Shown: positions 10,006-20,016, numbered from the stretch's first letter. The stretch: DNA of 64,000 nt from an uncultured Gemmatimonadales bacterium (GCA_963695555.1 CAVOGR010000005.1:320001-384000); one strand, 5' to 3'. Translations and numbers: made by a program. The notes: a model not told the origin generated them from the letters alone.

Positions 10006-10727
10006 ACGGGCCCTGGTGGCGATTCCCACCTACAATGAAGCCGAGAACATCGCACGCATCATCCCGCGGGTGCTCGAGCAGGACCCGCGGATCGAGGTCC
10101 TGGTGGTGGACGACAACTCGCCCGACGGGACCGGTCAGATCGCGGACGAGCATCGCGCGACGGGACCCGCGCGTCCATGTGCTCCACCGGGGCGCAAAGC
10201 AAGGCCTCGGCACGGCTTACCTGGCCGGCGTTCCGGTGGGCGCTCGAGCGGGACTACGACTACGTCTTCGAGATGGACTCGGATTTCTCGCACGACCCGA
10301 AGTACTTGCCCGAGTTTCTTCGGATGCCATCGAGGATGCCGACCTGGTGATCGGGTCGCGCTACAAGACGCGGGGTCAACGTCATCAACTGGCCCATGTC
10401 GCCGGCTGCTGCTCTCCTACGGCGCGAACATGTACGCCCGATGGATCACGGGCCTGCCGCTCGTGACGCGACCGGTGGGTTCAAGTGCTTCCGGCGGGCG
10501 GTGCTCGAGGGCATCCCGACTCGACGCGGTGCAGTCGAACGGGTACGCCTTCCAGATCGAGATGAGCTTCCGGGCTTGGAAGAAGGGGTTCCGGCTCAAG
10601 GAGATCCCGATCGTCGTTCGTCGACCGGGTCGGAAGGGCAGCAGCAAGATGAGCAGGCAAGATCATCCGGGAGGCCATCTGGATGGTGTGGTGGCTCCGC
10701 CTGAAGGCAATCTTCCGGAGGCTCTGA
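9998..10727 (+). CDS. Polyprenol monophosphomannose synthase (Ppm1/DPM1-like), several frameshifts
   Basis: IPTYNEAENI, VVDDNSPDGTG, KQGLGTAY, EMDSDFSHDP, ATGGFKCFRR and SNGYAFQIEM spread over different frames. Confidence 0.85.
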
Positions 10728-11572
10728 CGCCTTCACCGCTCCGTTTCCACAAGATGACCGGCTCGGGGAACGACTTCGTCTTCCTCGACGGGCGGACCAC
10801 CTCGACCAGCAACTGGCCGGTCGAGCGGATCGTCCGGGTGTGCGCGCGCCGGTCCGGGGTAGGGGCCGATGGGCTGGTCATCCTGAGCCCCGCGGGCCCC
10901 GGTCGAGTCTCGATGGCCTTCTTCAATGCCGACGGCTCGCGGGGGGCGATGTGCGGCAACGCGGCGCTCTGCGCCACGCGTCTCGCCGCCCGCCTTGGCC
11001 TCGTGTCGGGCGATGAAATGGTGCTCGAGAGCGATGCGGGAGCCTTTGCCACGCGGTGCGAGGGGGAGGGTCACCGTGCCCGGCTCAATCTACCCGGTTT
11101 CGCGGCGCCCGTTCTCGTGCCCGGGATCGCGCTTGGCCCGGGGGAGCGTGGGGCCTGGTTTGCCACGGTCGGGGTGCCGCATTTGGTGCTCCCGGTGGAC
11201 GATGTGCGGGCGGTGGACCTCGGGCGCCGGGGCGCCGAGCTTCGGTCTCACCCGGACGTCGGGCCGGACGGAGCCAACGCCAACTTCGTGAGCCGACCTG
11301 GTGGACCATCCGGCGAGGAGGGCTCCCGGTGGGCGGTGCGGACCTTCGAGCGGGGGGTCGAGGGCGAAACCCTGGCGTGCGGTACGGGGGCGGTGGCGGT
11401 GGCCTCGACGCTCGCAGTCCTCGGGCAGGCGGACCCACCGGTCGAGATCCGGACCCGAAGCGGACTCCTACTCACCGTCGACTTGAGAATCCACTTGAAC
11501 CAGGTGACCGACGTGTGGCTCGGCGGCGAGGGACGGTTGGTCTACGAGGGGCAGCTGGGGAGTGAGGAGTGA
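10724..11572 (+). CDS. dapF: Diaminopimelate epimerase
   Basis: FHKMTGSGNDF, MCGNAALC, GVPHLV, RTFERGVEGETLACGTGA; start approximate (CTG overlapping the upstream stop). Confidence 0.93.
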   Translation: MTPSPLRFHKMTGSGNDFVFLDGRTTSTSNWPVERIVRVCARRSGVGADGLVILSPAGPGRVSMAFFNADGSRGAMCGNAALCATRLAARLGLVSGDEMVLESDAGAFATRCEGEGHRARLNLPGFAAPVLVPGIALGPGERGAWFATVGVPHLVLPVDDVRAVDLGRRGAELRSHPDVGPDGANANFVSRPGGPSGEEGSRWAVRTFERGVEGETLACGTGAVAVASTLAVLGQADPPVEIRTRSGLLLTVDLRIHLNQVTDVWLGGEGRLVYEGQLGSEE

Positions 11573-11657
11573 GGAGACGGCGGCTTGGCGGTTGGGCGGT
11601 TCGACGGAGCCGGTCCATTCCCTCGATTATTCTTGGGCCGATAGCTGGTGCGGACGG

Positions 11658-11727
11658 AGTGGAAAAGCGTGTGGGAGCTAGTTGGCAGGGGTGTGGAGCG
11701 GCGTCGAGTTTCCCACAGTTATCTACA
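11658..11727. promoter_or_regulatory. Cluster of DnaA-box-like 9-mers
   Basis: AGTGGAAAA (11658-11666, reverse), TTTCCCACA (11709-11717) and TTATCTACA (11719-11727), each one mismatch from TTWTNCACA. Confidence 0.4.
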
Positions 11728-11732
11728 CACTA

Positions 11733-11760
11733 ACTTAACATAACATATCTTATACGACAT
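11733..11760 (-). other. dif site (XerC/XerD chromosome dimer resolution site)
   Basis: Minus strand reads ATGTCGTATAA-GATATG-TTATGTTAAGT: 11-6-11 layout, XerD arm one mismatch from E. coli TTATGTTAAAT; intergenic and AT-rich. Confidence 0.88.
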
Positions 11761-11851
11761 ATGTCCCAACGACAAAAACAGCAAATACTTGGCCCCTCTC
11801 TAGGGGCTTTCTACGCCAGCTGCCCGGCTGGTTCGGTCGTGACCCAAGCGG

Positions 11852-12571
11852 TCATTGGCCGCCACGGATGCGTTCCGGCGCCTGCGATAGGTCGCCCTTC
11901 AGCACTTCCCCGAGTCGTACCTGGGCCTCGGTATAGCTCGGCGTGTCGTTGAAGTCGGTCACGATTTTCTCATAAGCCTCCTTGGCTCGCTCCGTCCGTC
12001 CGGCCGCCACGTAGGCTCTCCCGGCCTCGATCAGGTACTCCGCCTTCAGATAGTCGACATCCGCCATGCGCGAGGCCGCGGCGTAGGCCTCCGCCGCCTC
12101 CTCGGGCCGCTTGACGTTCTCCAATGCTGCCCCCAACAGGCCCTCCGACGGGACGGCGAACTGGGGTTCGGGGTTCTGGGCCAGCAACTCCCGGAGCGAC
12201 ACGATGGCCAGCTCGTTCTGGCCGTTGATCATCCGGACCTGGTTGAGCGCGATCATGGCCTCGGTCGCCGCCCGGGTGCCGGAGTAGGTCTGGGCCACCC
12301 GCTGGAATTCGCTTGCCGCGGCAGGCAGGTTCTGCGAGTCGAAGGCATTGCGGGCCTGCTCCAGTGCCACCTGGGCCGCCGCCTCCTTCCGCTGGGCGGT
12401 GCTGATGGTGAGCCACACGCCGCTCGCAATCACCGCCAGCACCACCGCCCCTACCGTGAGGAGCCGCTGGTGGGCCTTGAACCAGGCAAGCGGATCCTGC
12501 TCGGGTTCGATCGCCCCGGGAGGCGGCGCCGGTTTCGTTGTCTTGGCCTTGGGATCAGTCTTGGGTGCCAT
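11852..12571 (-). CDS. Membrane-anchored TPR protein (YfgM-like)
   Basis: Single N-terminal TM followed by TPR helices. Confidence 0.75.
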   Translation of the reverse strand: MAPKTDPKAKTTKPAPPPGAIEPEQDPLAWFKAHQRLLTVGAVVLAVIASGVWLTISTAQRKEAAAQVALEQARNAFDSQNLPAAASEFQRVAQTYSGTRAATEAMIALNQVRMINGQNELAIVSLRELLAQNPEPQFAVPSEGLLGAALENVKRPEEAAEAYAAASRMADVDYLKAEYLIEAGRAYVAAGRTERAKEAYEKIVTDFNDTPSYTEAQVRLGEVLKGDLSQAPERIRGGQ

Positions 12572-12714
12572 GCGTGCCTATCAATCTGCGGTTGTTGATC
12601 TGGGAGCCCACGTGTCGGGCGTAGTGGCTCGCGGCCACCGCCCATGCCGTGATCTGGCGGCTCAAGACTAACCACGTCTCGGCGGGATCGCCACCGGGAC
12701 GGGTCTCCGCCGCG

Positions 12715-12948
12715 CTAGTCCTCGGGGTCCTCGGGCTGACTCGGTTTCTTCCGGAACTCGAGGTATTCTGCTCTGAGGGCCGTGTAGCCCCAGTTCGTCT
12801 TGATCCGGGCGACCCGTTTATCGGCCATGTCGAGTCGGCGGATCTGGGTTCCCGGCCAGAGCGGCTCGACATCGTACCAGGTCCCAAACTCGAATTCCTG
12901 ATAGAGTTGCTGGTATTCCGGCTTGATTCGGGCCTGAATCCTAGCCAT
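12715..12948 (-). CDS. Small hypothetical protein (77 aa)
   Basis: MARIQARIKPEYQQLYQEFEFGTWYDVEP...; GGGAG upstream; protein-like composition. Confidence 0.6.
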   Translation of the reverse strand: MARIQARIKPEYQQLYQEFEFGTWYDVEPLWPGTQIRRLDMADKRVARIKTNWGYTALRAEYLEFRKKPSQPEDPED

Positions 12949-13171
12949 TGCGCGCTCCCACTCACCCTGGGGATGGTAGCCAAACCAGAGGCCCAAGTGT
13001 TGACCTGTGTCGATTCAATCTAACGAATGGTCCATGTCGCGGTTAGCCCGACTCTGCCATTCTCTTGTGTCACAATGGCTTGTGATCATTGCCTTAAACT
13101 TCTACGTGAGATCCCGCACGTTGAATTCCTGTTTGCTTGCCCCGTCTCAACCAGGCAGGTAGTGTTGCTGC

Positions 13172-14275
13172 ATGACAATTCGCGCAGCGGTAATGACGGC
13201 GCCCGACGCTCCGATGGCGCTCTGGGAAGTAGCCGATCCTGTTCTCGAGCCCGGCAGTGTGCTGCTGGAGACGGTGGCCAGCGAGGTGTGCGGCACCGAC
13301 GTGCATCTTCACCAGGGCAGGCTGGCCGGTGTCCCCTACCCCATCATTCCGGGGCATGTGAGCGTGGGCCGGGTGCTAGAGCTGGTGGGGGTCGGAGCCG
13401 ATGCGCTCGGACACCCCCTCGCCCTCGGCGATATGGTGACGTTTTACGATGTCCACGAAGTCTGTAACGCCTGTTGGCATTGTCTCGTCGCGCGGCAGCC
13501 GAATCGCTGTCCCAACCGCAAGGTCTATGGTATCACCTACTCCGCCGAAGAGGGGCCGCTGGGGGGATGGGCGGAGCGCATTTACCTGAAGCCAGGCGTC
13601 AAGATCCTGAAAGTGCCGGACACGCTCACTGCGGACGAGGTGATCGGCGGAGGCTGCGGCTTGTTCACGGGTTTCGCGGCTGTCGAGCGCTCCGGGCTGA
13701 GCATGGGCGACACCGTCCTGGTGCAAGGAGCCGGTGCGGTGGGACTTGCCGCGGCGGCGTTTGCCGCGCTCCGCGGGGCCGGCCAGGTCATCCTGATCGG
13801 CGCGCCCGCCGCCCGCCTCGGCCTCGGCACGACCTTGGGCGCCGACCTGACTCTCTCACTGGACAGCACGCAGGCGGCGGAACGCAGGGCGCTGGTGGCG
13901 GAGCGAACCCGGGGCCGTGGCAGTGACGTAGTGATCGAGGCCAGCGGGAATCCTCGGGCGCTGACCGAAGGGTTCGACCTCCTGCGCGATGGCGGGACCT
14001 ACGTGATTGCCGGGCACTACACTGACGCGGGGCCGATCGATATCAACCCACACCTCGATGTGAACCGGAAGCACGCCGATATCCGCGGCCAATGGGGAAC
14101 CGACTTCCATCACGTGGCCCGGGCGCTGTACATGCTCGCCAAGCACCGCGATCGCCTGCCCTTCGCCAGCGTGATTGGAGGTCGGTACCCGCTGGAAGCT
14201 GCCGGGAAGGCCCTAGCCGACGTGGCGGAGCTCCGCGTCACCAAGGCGGTCATCGACCCGCGCCTTTCCCGATGA
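13172..14275 (+). CDS. Zn-dependent (MDR) alcohol dehydrogenase
   Basis: CGTDVH, structural Zn motif CNACWHC...C, GAGAVG Rossmann motif. Confidence 0.92.
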   Translation: MTIRAAVMTAPDAPMALWEVADPVLEPGSVLLETVASEVCGTDVHLHQGRLAGVPYPIIPGHVSVGRVLELVGVGADALGHPLALGDMVTFYDVHEVCNACWHCLVARQPNRCPNRKVYGITYSAEEGPLGGWAERIYLKPGVKILKVPDTLTADEVIGGGCGLFTGFAAVERSGLSMGDTVLVQGAGAVGLAAAAFAALRGAGQVILIGAPAARLGLGTTLGADLTLSLDSTQAAERRALVAERTRGRGSDVVIEASGNPRALTEGFDLLRDGGTYVIAGHYTDAGPIDINPHLDVNRKHADIRGQWGTDFHHVARALYMLAKHRDRLPFASVIGGRYPLEAAGKALADVAELRVTKAVIDPRLSR

Positions 14276-16503
14276 GCCTCCGGGACTCCCTGCAAGCCGA
14301 GCTGGTCGGCCGCTACAAGGTCGACGGCGAGATCGGACGTGGGGCGATGGCCACGGTGTACCTGGCGGAGGATCTGAAGCACGACCGCAAGGTTGCCATC
14401 AAGGTGTTCCGGCCGGAGTTCGCCGCCTCGTTTGGCACCGAGCGATTCCTGCGGGAAATCCAGGTCGCGGCCCAGCTGCAGCATCCGCACACCCTGATGC
14501 TGATCGACTCGGGTGAGGCTGCGGACACGCTCTTCTATGTCATGCCCTATATCGATGGCGAGTCCCTGCGGGCCCGACTCAACCGGGAACAACGGCTGCC
14601 CATCGATGACGCGCTCAAAATCGCCCGAGAGCTGGCGGACGGTCTCGATTACGCGCACTCGAGAGGAATCATTCATCGCGACATCAAGCCGGAGAACATC
14701 ATGCTCTCCGGCGGACATGCCATCCTGGTCGATTTCGGGATTGCCCGTGCCATAAGCGAGGCGGGTAGTGCCACGGACTCCGCCCCTGGCCTCATCTTCG
14801 GTACACCGGCGTACATGAGTCCTGAGCAGGCCGCGGGCGATGCGCGGGTCGACGGCCGGAGCGACATCTACAACCTAGGCTGCGTGCTCTTCGAAATGGT
14901 CACCGGGGAGCCACCTTACACGGGGATGACGCGGCGGTCCATCATCAATCAACGCCTCACCAATCCACCGCCCCCTGCCAGAGACCGCCTCGGCACCGTG
15001 CCGGAAGCGCTGGATGTTGCCCTCCAGCGTGCGCTTGGCAGGACCCCTGGCGATCGTTTCCCGACCGCAGCTGACTTCCTGCTTGCCCTGGAGCGTGTTC
15101 CCATCGCAGGGATGCTGGCAGTCAGTGAGAAATCAATTGCGGTACTGCCGTTCACCAATATGAGCGGCGACCAGGACAACGAGTATTTCAGTGACGGCAT
15201 CACCGAGGAGATCATCAACGCGTTGGTGCAAGTGCCCTCACTTCGGGTGGCATCGAGGACGTCTTCGTTCAGCTTGAAGGGCTCGGCACTTCCGATGCGA
15301 GAGATCGGGGATCGCCTCCGGGTCGCGACCGTGCTCGAGGGCAGCGTCCGGCGGGCCGGCTCCAAGCTCCGCATCACGGCGCAGCTCATCAGCGTCAAGG
15401 ACGGGTACCATCTATGGTCGGAGCGGTACGACCGTGAGCTCGCGGACGTCTTCGCCATCCAGGACGAGATAGCCCATGCCATCGTCGACAAGCTCAAGGT
15501 CGAGTTGTTCGGCGGTGAGGACCAGCCTATCGTGAAGCCCGGAACCCGAAATCCAGAGGCCTATGAGCTGTATCTCAAAGGCCGTTACTTCTGGAGCAAG
15601 CGCACCAGGGACGGGTTCCGCAAAGGGATCGAGCACTTCGAGCGCGCCATCGACGTGGACCGAGACTACGCCCTGGCCTATGCCGGCCTCGCCGATTCGT
15701 ACAGCCTGCTCGGTTGGTACCGATACATGTCGGCTGGTGAGGTGCATCAGACGGCAAAAGGGGCAGCCGAGCATGCGGTGGCAATTGCACCGGCCTTGGC
15801 GGAGGGCCATACGTCCCTGGCCTACGCCGAGTTCCTGTTCGGGTGGGATTGGGCCGCGGCGGAGGCCGCGTTCGAGCGCGCCATCCAGTGCAATCCCGAG
15901 TACCCAACCGTGCGGCACTGGTACGGCGAGTTTCTCATGGCCATGGGCCGGTTCGAGGAGGCTCGGGAAGAATTGGCTCGGGCGCAGGTACTGGATCCGT
16001 TGTCCCTCAGCATCGGGACTGGGGCGGGTTGGATATCGTACTTCCTCGGCAAGTATGACGAGGCCATCGCCCATTACGAGAAGGTCTTGGAGCTCGATCC
16101 CAACTTCGTCATCCTGCCCTGGTTCCTCGGCCCGGCGTACGTCGAACGGGGCCGCTACGATGAGGCCATTGCACTCTACCAAGCATGGCTCGAGCGGTCG
16201 AAAGGGTATCCGGGATTCCGGGCACTCTTGACCTACGCCTACGCCCGGGCTGGGAACAGGCGGGAGGCCAAGAAAACCTTTGCCGCTCTGGAACAACAGG
16301 CCAGCGAGCGCCACGTACCAGCCGATTTCATGGCGCTCGCGCTGACCGGACTGGGCAAAGTCGACCGGGCGTTCGAGTGGCTCGATCGCGCGCTCGAGGA
16401 GCATTGCTGGACGCTGGTGCTGCTGAAGGTGGACCCACCCTATCGGACGCTCCAGGGCGACCGGAGGTTCGGAGCGTTGTTGGAGAAGATCGGGTTGCCG
16501 TGA
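14272..16503 (+). CDS. Ser/Thr protein kinase with TolB-N-like and TPR domains
   Basis: GRGAMATVY, VAIK, HRDIKPEN, DFGIA, SIAVLPFTNMSGD...YFSDGITEEII, TPRs; ATG at an ATGA overlap. Confidence 0.93.
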   Translation: MSLRDSLQAELVGRYKVDGEIGRGAMATVYLAEDLKHDRKVAIKVFRPEFAASFGTERFLREIQVAAQLQHPHTLMLIDSGEAADTLFYVMPYIDGESLRARLNREQRLPIDDALKIARELADGLDYAHSRGIIHRDIKPENIMLSGGHAILVDFGIARAISEAGSATDSAPGLIFGTPAYMSPEQAAGDARVDGRSDIYNLGCVLFEMVTGEPPYTGMTRRSIINQRLTNPPPPARDRLGTVPEALDVALQRALGRTPGDRFPTAADFLLALERVPIAGMLAVSEKSIAVLPFTNMSGDQDNEYFSDGITEEIINALVQVPSLRVASRTSSFSLKGSALPMREIGDRLRVATVLEGSVRRAGSKLRITAQLISVKDGYHLWSERYDRELADVFAIQDEIAHAIVDKLKVELFGGEDQPIVKPGTRNPEAYELYLKGRYFWSKRTRDGFRKGIEHFERAIDVDRDYALAYAGLADSYSLLGWYRYMSAGEVHQTAKGAAEHAVAIAPALAEGHTSLAYAEFLFGWDWAAAEAAFERAIQCNPEYPTVRHWYGEFLMAMGRFEEAREELARAQVLDPLSLSIGTGAGWISYFLGKYDEAIAHYEKVLELDPNFVILPWFLGPAYVERGRYDEAIALYQAWLERSKGYPGFRALLTYAYARAGNRREAKKTFAALEQQASERHVPADFMALALTGLGKVDRAFEWLDRALEEHCWTLVLLKVDPPYRTLQGDRRFGALLEKIGLP

Positions 16504-16560
16504 TGCCGCCCCGCTGCCAAACACCCTGCTACTAGCTACCGCCCCACAACCTGACTCCCC

Positions 16561-16630
16561 GCTATCGGCTACCGGTCATGCAGGGCTTCGCTTCTGGCTC
16601 AGCCAACAGCCAACAGCTAACAGCCAATAC
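16561..16630. repeat. Short heptamer tandem repeats
   Basis: GCTATCGGCTACCG and CAGCCAA-CAGCCAA-CAGCTAA-CAGCCAA. Confidence 0.7.
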
Positions 16631-16883
16631 CCAGCCGTCCGCTCGCCGCTGACCCCCTTCCGAGTCTCCCACCCACAACCATCCTTACAGTTTCTTACTC
16701 GTGGATTCACGAATCCTTCTCCAGAGATGTGTTATCTGACATAACATCTCGTCTTTGTCAGGTGGGCGCAGCCCCGCCATGAAGTACTGCGATGCACCGT
16801 GCTCTGGCGTACGACCGACGGTACGCTGCGCTCCGCCGGTGACGATCGCGAGCCCATTCCATGTCGGCAGGAGGGGACTTTCG

Positions 16884-18161
16884 ATGCGCTGGTCGAAGAC
16901 GCTGGTGGCGACGAGTCTTGTGGGGATGCTGGCTCTGGGGTGCGACCGGGGGCCAATCGAACCGGCTGCCGAGCCGGATGGAATGCGGGTGCCGGGGGCA
17001 CAACAGGTCCTCAGCAACTTCCCGATGGCCACCCTCGGGAAGAAGATCTTCTTCGACGCAACACTGTCCATCAACCAGAATCAATCGTGTGCCAGCTGTC
17101 ATGACCCGAATTGGGGCTGGACAGGGCCCGACCCCGTGATCAACAATGCCGGGGCGGTTTATGAGGGCTCGATTCCTGGCCGATTCGGCAATCGCAAGCC
17201 GCCCAGCTCGGCGTACGCGACCCCAAGTCCGATCTTCTATATGTCCAAGAAAGGACTCTTCGAGGGGGGGAATTTCTGGGATGGCCGGGCGACGGGTGAA
17301 AAACTCGGCAATCCGGCGGCGGACCAGGCCCAGGGCCCGTTTCTGAACCCGGCCGAGCAGGCGCTGCCTGACCTGGCCTGTGTGATCTACCGGATTCAGC
17401 AGGGCCAGTACCTGGCCGACTATGTCAGTGTCTGGGGTGACGAGATTACGTCAATTGTTTTTCCGGCATCGACTGAGGCGGACTGCGCGACTGAGGGCAC
17501 AACGGTCGGACTTTCGGCTTCCGACCGGTCACAGGCATACACCGAGTACGATCGCGTCGCACTTTCCATCGCGGCATTCGAGGACTCACCCGAGGTGAAT
17601 GCGTTCACCTCCAAGTTCGACACCGGCAAACTGGCGAAGGAGGAGCAGAAGGGATTCGCCCTGTTCCGGGGGAAAGGGAGCTGTGCACGGTGCCATCCTG
17701 CGAACGGGCCGAACCCGCTGTTCACCGACTTCACGTTCGACAACCTCGGTGTGCCCAAGAATCTGGCGAATCCGGCAACGATGACTGGGTTCGTCGATGA
17801 AGGTCTCGGCGCGTTCCTGCTCACCAGGCCGGAATGGGCCGGCCTGGCGGCTGACGAGTTCGGGAAGCAGAAGGTGCCGACCCTGCGGAACGTCGGCGAA
17901 CGGGTCGGAGGTGGAGTGAAGGGATACGCCCACAACGGCTACTTCAAGACGCTGTGGCAGATCGTCCACTTCTACAATACCCGTGATACGAAGCCGACCT
18001 GCCCCGGCGACTTCACTGCAGCCGAGGCAATCGCAGCCGGTTGCTGGCCCGCGCCCGAGGTGGCGGAGAACGTCAACGATTCGGAACTGGGCGATTTGGG
18101 CCTGAGCTATGACGAGGAACTTGCCATCGTCGCCTTCATGAAGGCACTAACGGACCAATGA
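16884..18161 (+). CDS. Di-heme cytochrome c peroxidase/MauG-family lipoprotein
   Basis: AGGAGG RBS, lipobox LALGC, CASCH and CARCH heme motifs, FWDGRA, KVPTLRNV. Confidence 0.9.
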   Translation: MRWSKTLVATSLVGMLALGCDRGPIEPAAEPDGMRVPGAQQVLSNFPMATLGKKIFFDATLSINQNQSCASCHDPNWGWTGPDPVINNAGAVYEGSIPGRFGNRKPPSSAYATPSPIFYMSKKGLFEGGNFWDGRATGEKLGNPAADQAQGPFLNPAEQALPDLACVIYRIQQGQYLADYVSVWGDEITSIVFPASTEADCATEGTTVGLSASDRSQAYTEYDRVALSIAAFEDSPEVNAFTSKFDTGKLAKEEQKGFALFRGKGSCARCHPANGPNPLFTDFTFDNLGVPKNLANPATMTGFVDEGLGAFLLTRPEWAGLAADEFGKQKVPTLRNVGERVGGGVKGYAHNGYFKTLWQIVHFYNTRDTKPTCPGDFTAAEAIAAGCWPAPEVAENVNDSELGDLGLSYDEELAIVAFMKALTDQ

Positions 18162-18288
18162 GCGACAAGCGACTGAGAGGGACCCTCTCGGCTATCGGCT
18201 ATCAGCCAACCACATGCTGTCGGTTGTTCGGTAGCCGGGAGCCGGTCCCACGCTATTTCCCAGTGCAACCTTCCCTATTCCCCACTCC

Positions 18289-20016
18289 CTACTCCCCGCT
18301 TCCAACGAACAACTCCACCATCTCGAACTTCTCCACGTCCACCAGCCCCTTGTCTGTCAGCTTGAGGCTCGGGATTACCTCGAGCGCGAGGAAGCTCATG
18401 GCCATGAAGGGATCGTGGAGCGGCGAGCCTAGTTGGTGTGCCGCTGCCAGCAGTCGATCCATCTGCTCGCGCACCTCCTCGATGGGCCGGTCCGACATGA
18501 GCCCCGCAATCGGGAGGGGCTGAATGGCGAGGACCTCGCTACCCTCGGCGGCTGCCTGCCCTCCCCCGGCAAGAGCCACCGCATGGGCGGCGGTGAGCAT
18601 CGACCGGTCGTCGGCTCCGATCACGATCAGGTTGTGATGGTCGTGCGCCACCGTGCCGGCGATGGCCCCGCGGGCGAGTCCGAGTCCCGCGACGAATCCG
18701 AGGCCCACGGTGCCTGAGCGGCCGTGGCGCTCGATCACGGCCATCTTGAGGAGATCTCGGGACGCGTCGGCGACCGCGAGGCCGTCGCGCACCGTCAGGT
18801 CCAGCTCCAGCTGTCGAGTCACGATCTGATCGGGGATGATTCCGATGACCCGGGCGCGCAGGCCGTTGGCCGGAATGTTTAGGCTCACACGAGCCCAGTC
18901 CACCTGGACAGTGTTTCCAGCACTCGCTCCACGCGACGGCAAGCGGTCATGGAGCATCCGGCCGTTCTCGGCGACCAGCCTGCCGGCCACGTACACCGCG
19001 ACGGCCCGAGGCTGAACGAGATCGCTCAGAATCACCACGTCGGCCCGTCGGCCAGGCGCCACGGCTCCGCGATCGCGCAGCCTGAAGTGCTCGGCGGGAT
19101 TGAGCGTGGCCATGCGGATGGCGGTCATCGGGTCCACGCCTGCCCGAATGGCCATGCGTACCATATGGTCGACGGAGCCATCCTCGAGCAGATCGGAAGG
19201 CTGGCGATCGTCAGTTGCCAGGCAAAGCCGGCGCTCGTTCTGGGCGGTGACCAGCGGGAGCAACGCCTCGAGGTTCCGCGCGTTGGTTGCCTCGCGCAGA
19301 TAAAGCGTCATGCCGAGCCTGAGCTTTTCCCGCGCTTCCTCCACCGAGGTACACTCGTGGTCGGACGAGATCCCTGACGCGACATAGGCGTTCAGCTGTT
19401 TGCCCGTGAGTCCCGGGCAATGCCCGTCAATCACACGGTCCTCGAAGGCGCGGAGCTTGGCCAGCACCCCGTCGTCGCCGCCGATCACGCCCGGGAAGTT
19501 CATCACCTCGGCCAAGCCGAGCACACTGGGCTCCATCTTCAGCTCGGCGAGGTCGGCCGCGGAAAGCGAAGCCCCGGATGTTCCCATATGGGTTGCCGGC
19601 ACGCACGAGGAGGCGTTCACGAACATGGTGAACGGAGCGTCCTTGGCATCCTCCAACATGTAGCGGATCCCATCGAGGCCCAGCACGTTGGCGATCTCGT
19701 GAGGATCGGTGACGACCGTGGTGACCCCGTGCGGCACGACCGCACGCGCGAACTCGCGTGGTGGAACCATGGCGCTTTCCACGTGCACATGGGCGTCGAT
19801 CAGTCCCGGGCAAACGTAGCCCCCTGCGAGGTCCACCACCTCGCGAGCCTCGTAGTCCGGCCCCACACCGACGATCCGCGAACCTGAGATGGCTACGTTG
19901 GCGGGATACACTTCGCCCGAGAGCACGTTCACCAATCGGCCGTTCGTGAGCAGGAGGTCGGCAGGCTGGTCGCCACGCGCCACGCTGAGCAGACGGGACA
20001 GATCCGATGTGGTCAT
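18289..20016 (-). CDS. ade: Adenine deaminase
   Basis: PGLIDAHVHVES, DPHEIANV, AEVMNFPG, DGHCPG, SDHEC, AHDHHN. Confidence 0.96.
   Translation of the reverse strand: MTTSDLSRLLSVARGDQPADLLLTNGRLVNVLSGEVYPANVAISGSRIVGVGPDYEAREVVDLAGGYVCPGLIDAHVHVESAMVPPREFARAVVPHGVTTVVTDPHEIANVLGLDGIRYMLEDAKDAPFTMFVNASSCVPATHMGTSGASLSAADLAELKMEPSVLGLAEVMNFPGVIGGDDGVLAKLRAFEDRVIDGHCPGLTGKQLNAYVASGISSDHECTSVEEAREKLRLGMTLYLREATNARNLEALLPLVTAQNERRLCLATDDRQPSDLLEDGSVDHMVRMAIRAGVDPMTAIRMATLNPAEHFRLRDRGAVAPGRRADVVILSDLVQPRAVAVYVAGRLVAENGRMLHDRLPSRGASAGNTVQVDWARVSLNIPANGLRARVIGIIPDQIVTRQLELDLTVRDGLAVADASRDLLKMAVIERHGRSGTVGLGFVAGLGLARGAIAGTVAHDHHNLIVIGADDRSMLTAAHAVALAGGGQAAAEGSEVLAIQPLPIAGLMSDRPIEEVREQMDRLLAAAHQLGSPLHDPFMAMSFLALEVIPSLKLTDKGLVDVEKFEMVELFVGSGE

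Noticed and set aside
9998..11572. Apparent Ppm1-DapF fusion ORF of 524 aa
   Set aside because: Artefact of several indels in ppm1; its true C-terminus (WWLRLKAIFRRL) stops at 10727
11581..11850. oriC
   Set aside because: DnaA-like boxes and AT richness are present, but there is no dnaA, dnaN or par neighbourhood, and the dif match plus converging KOPS indicate the terminus
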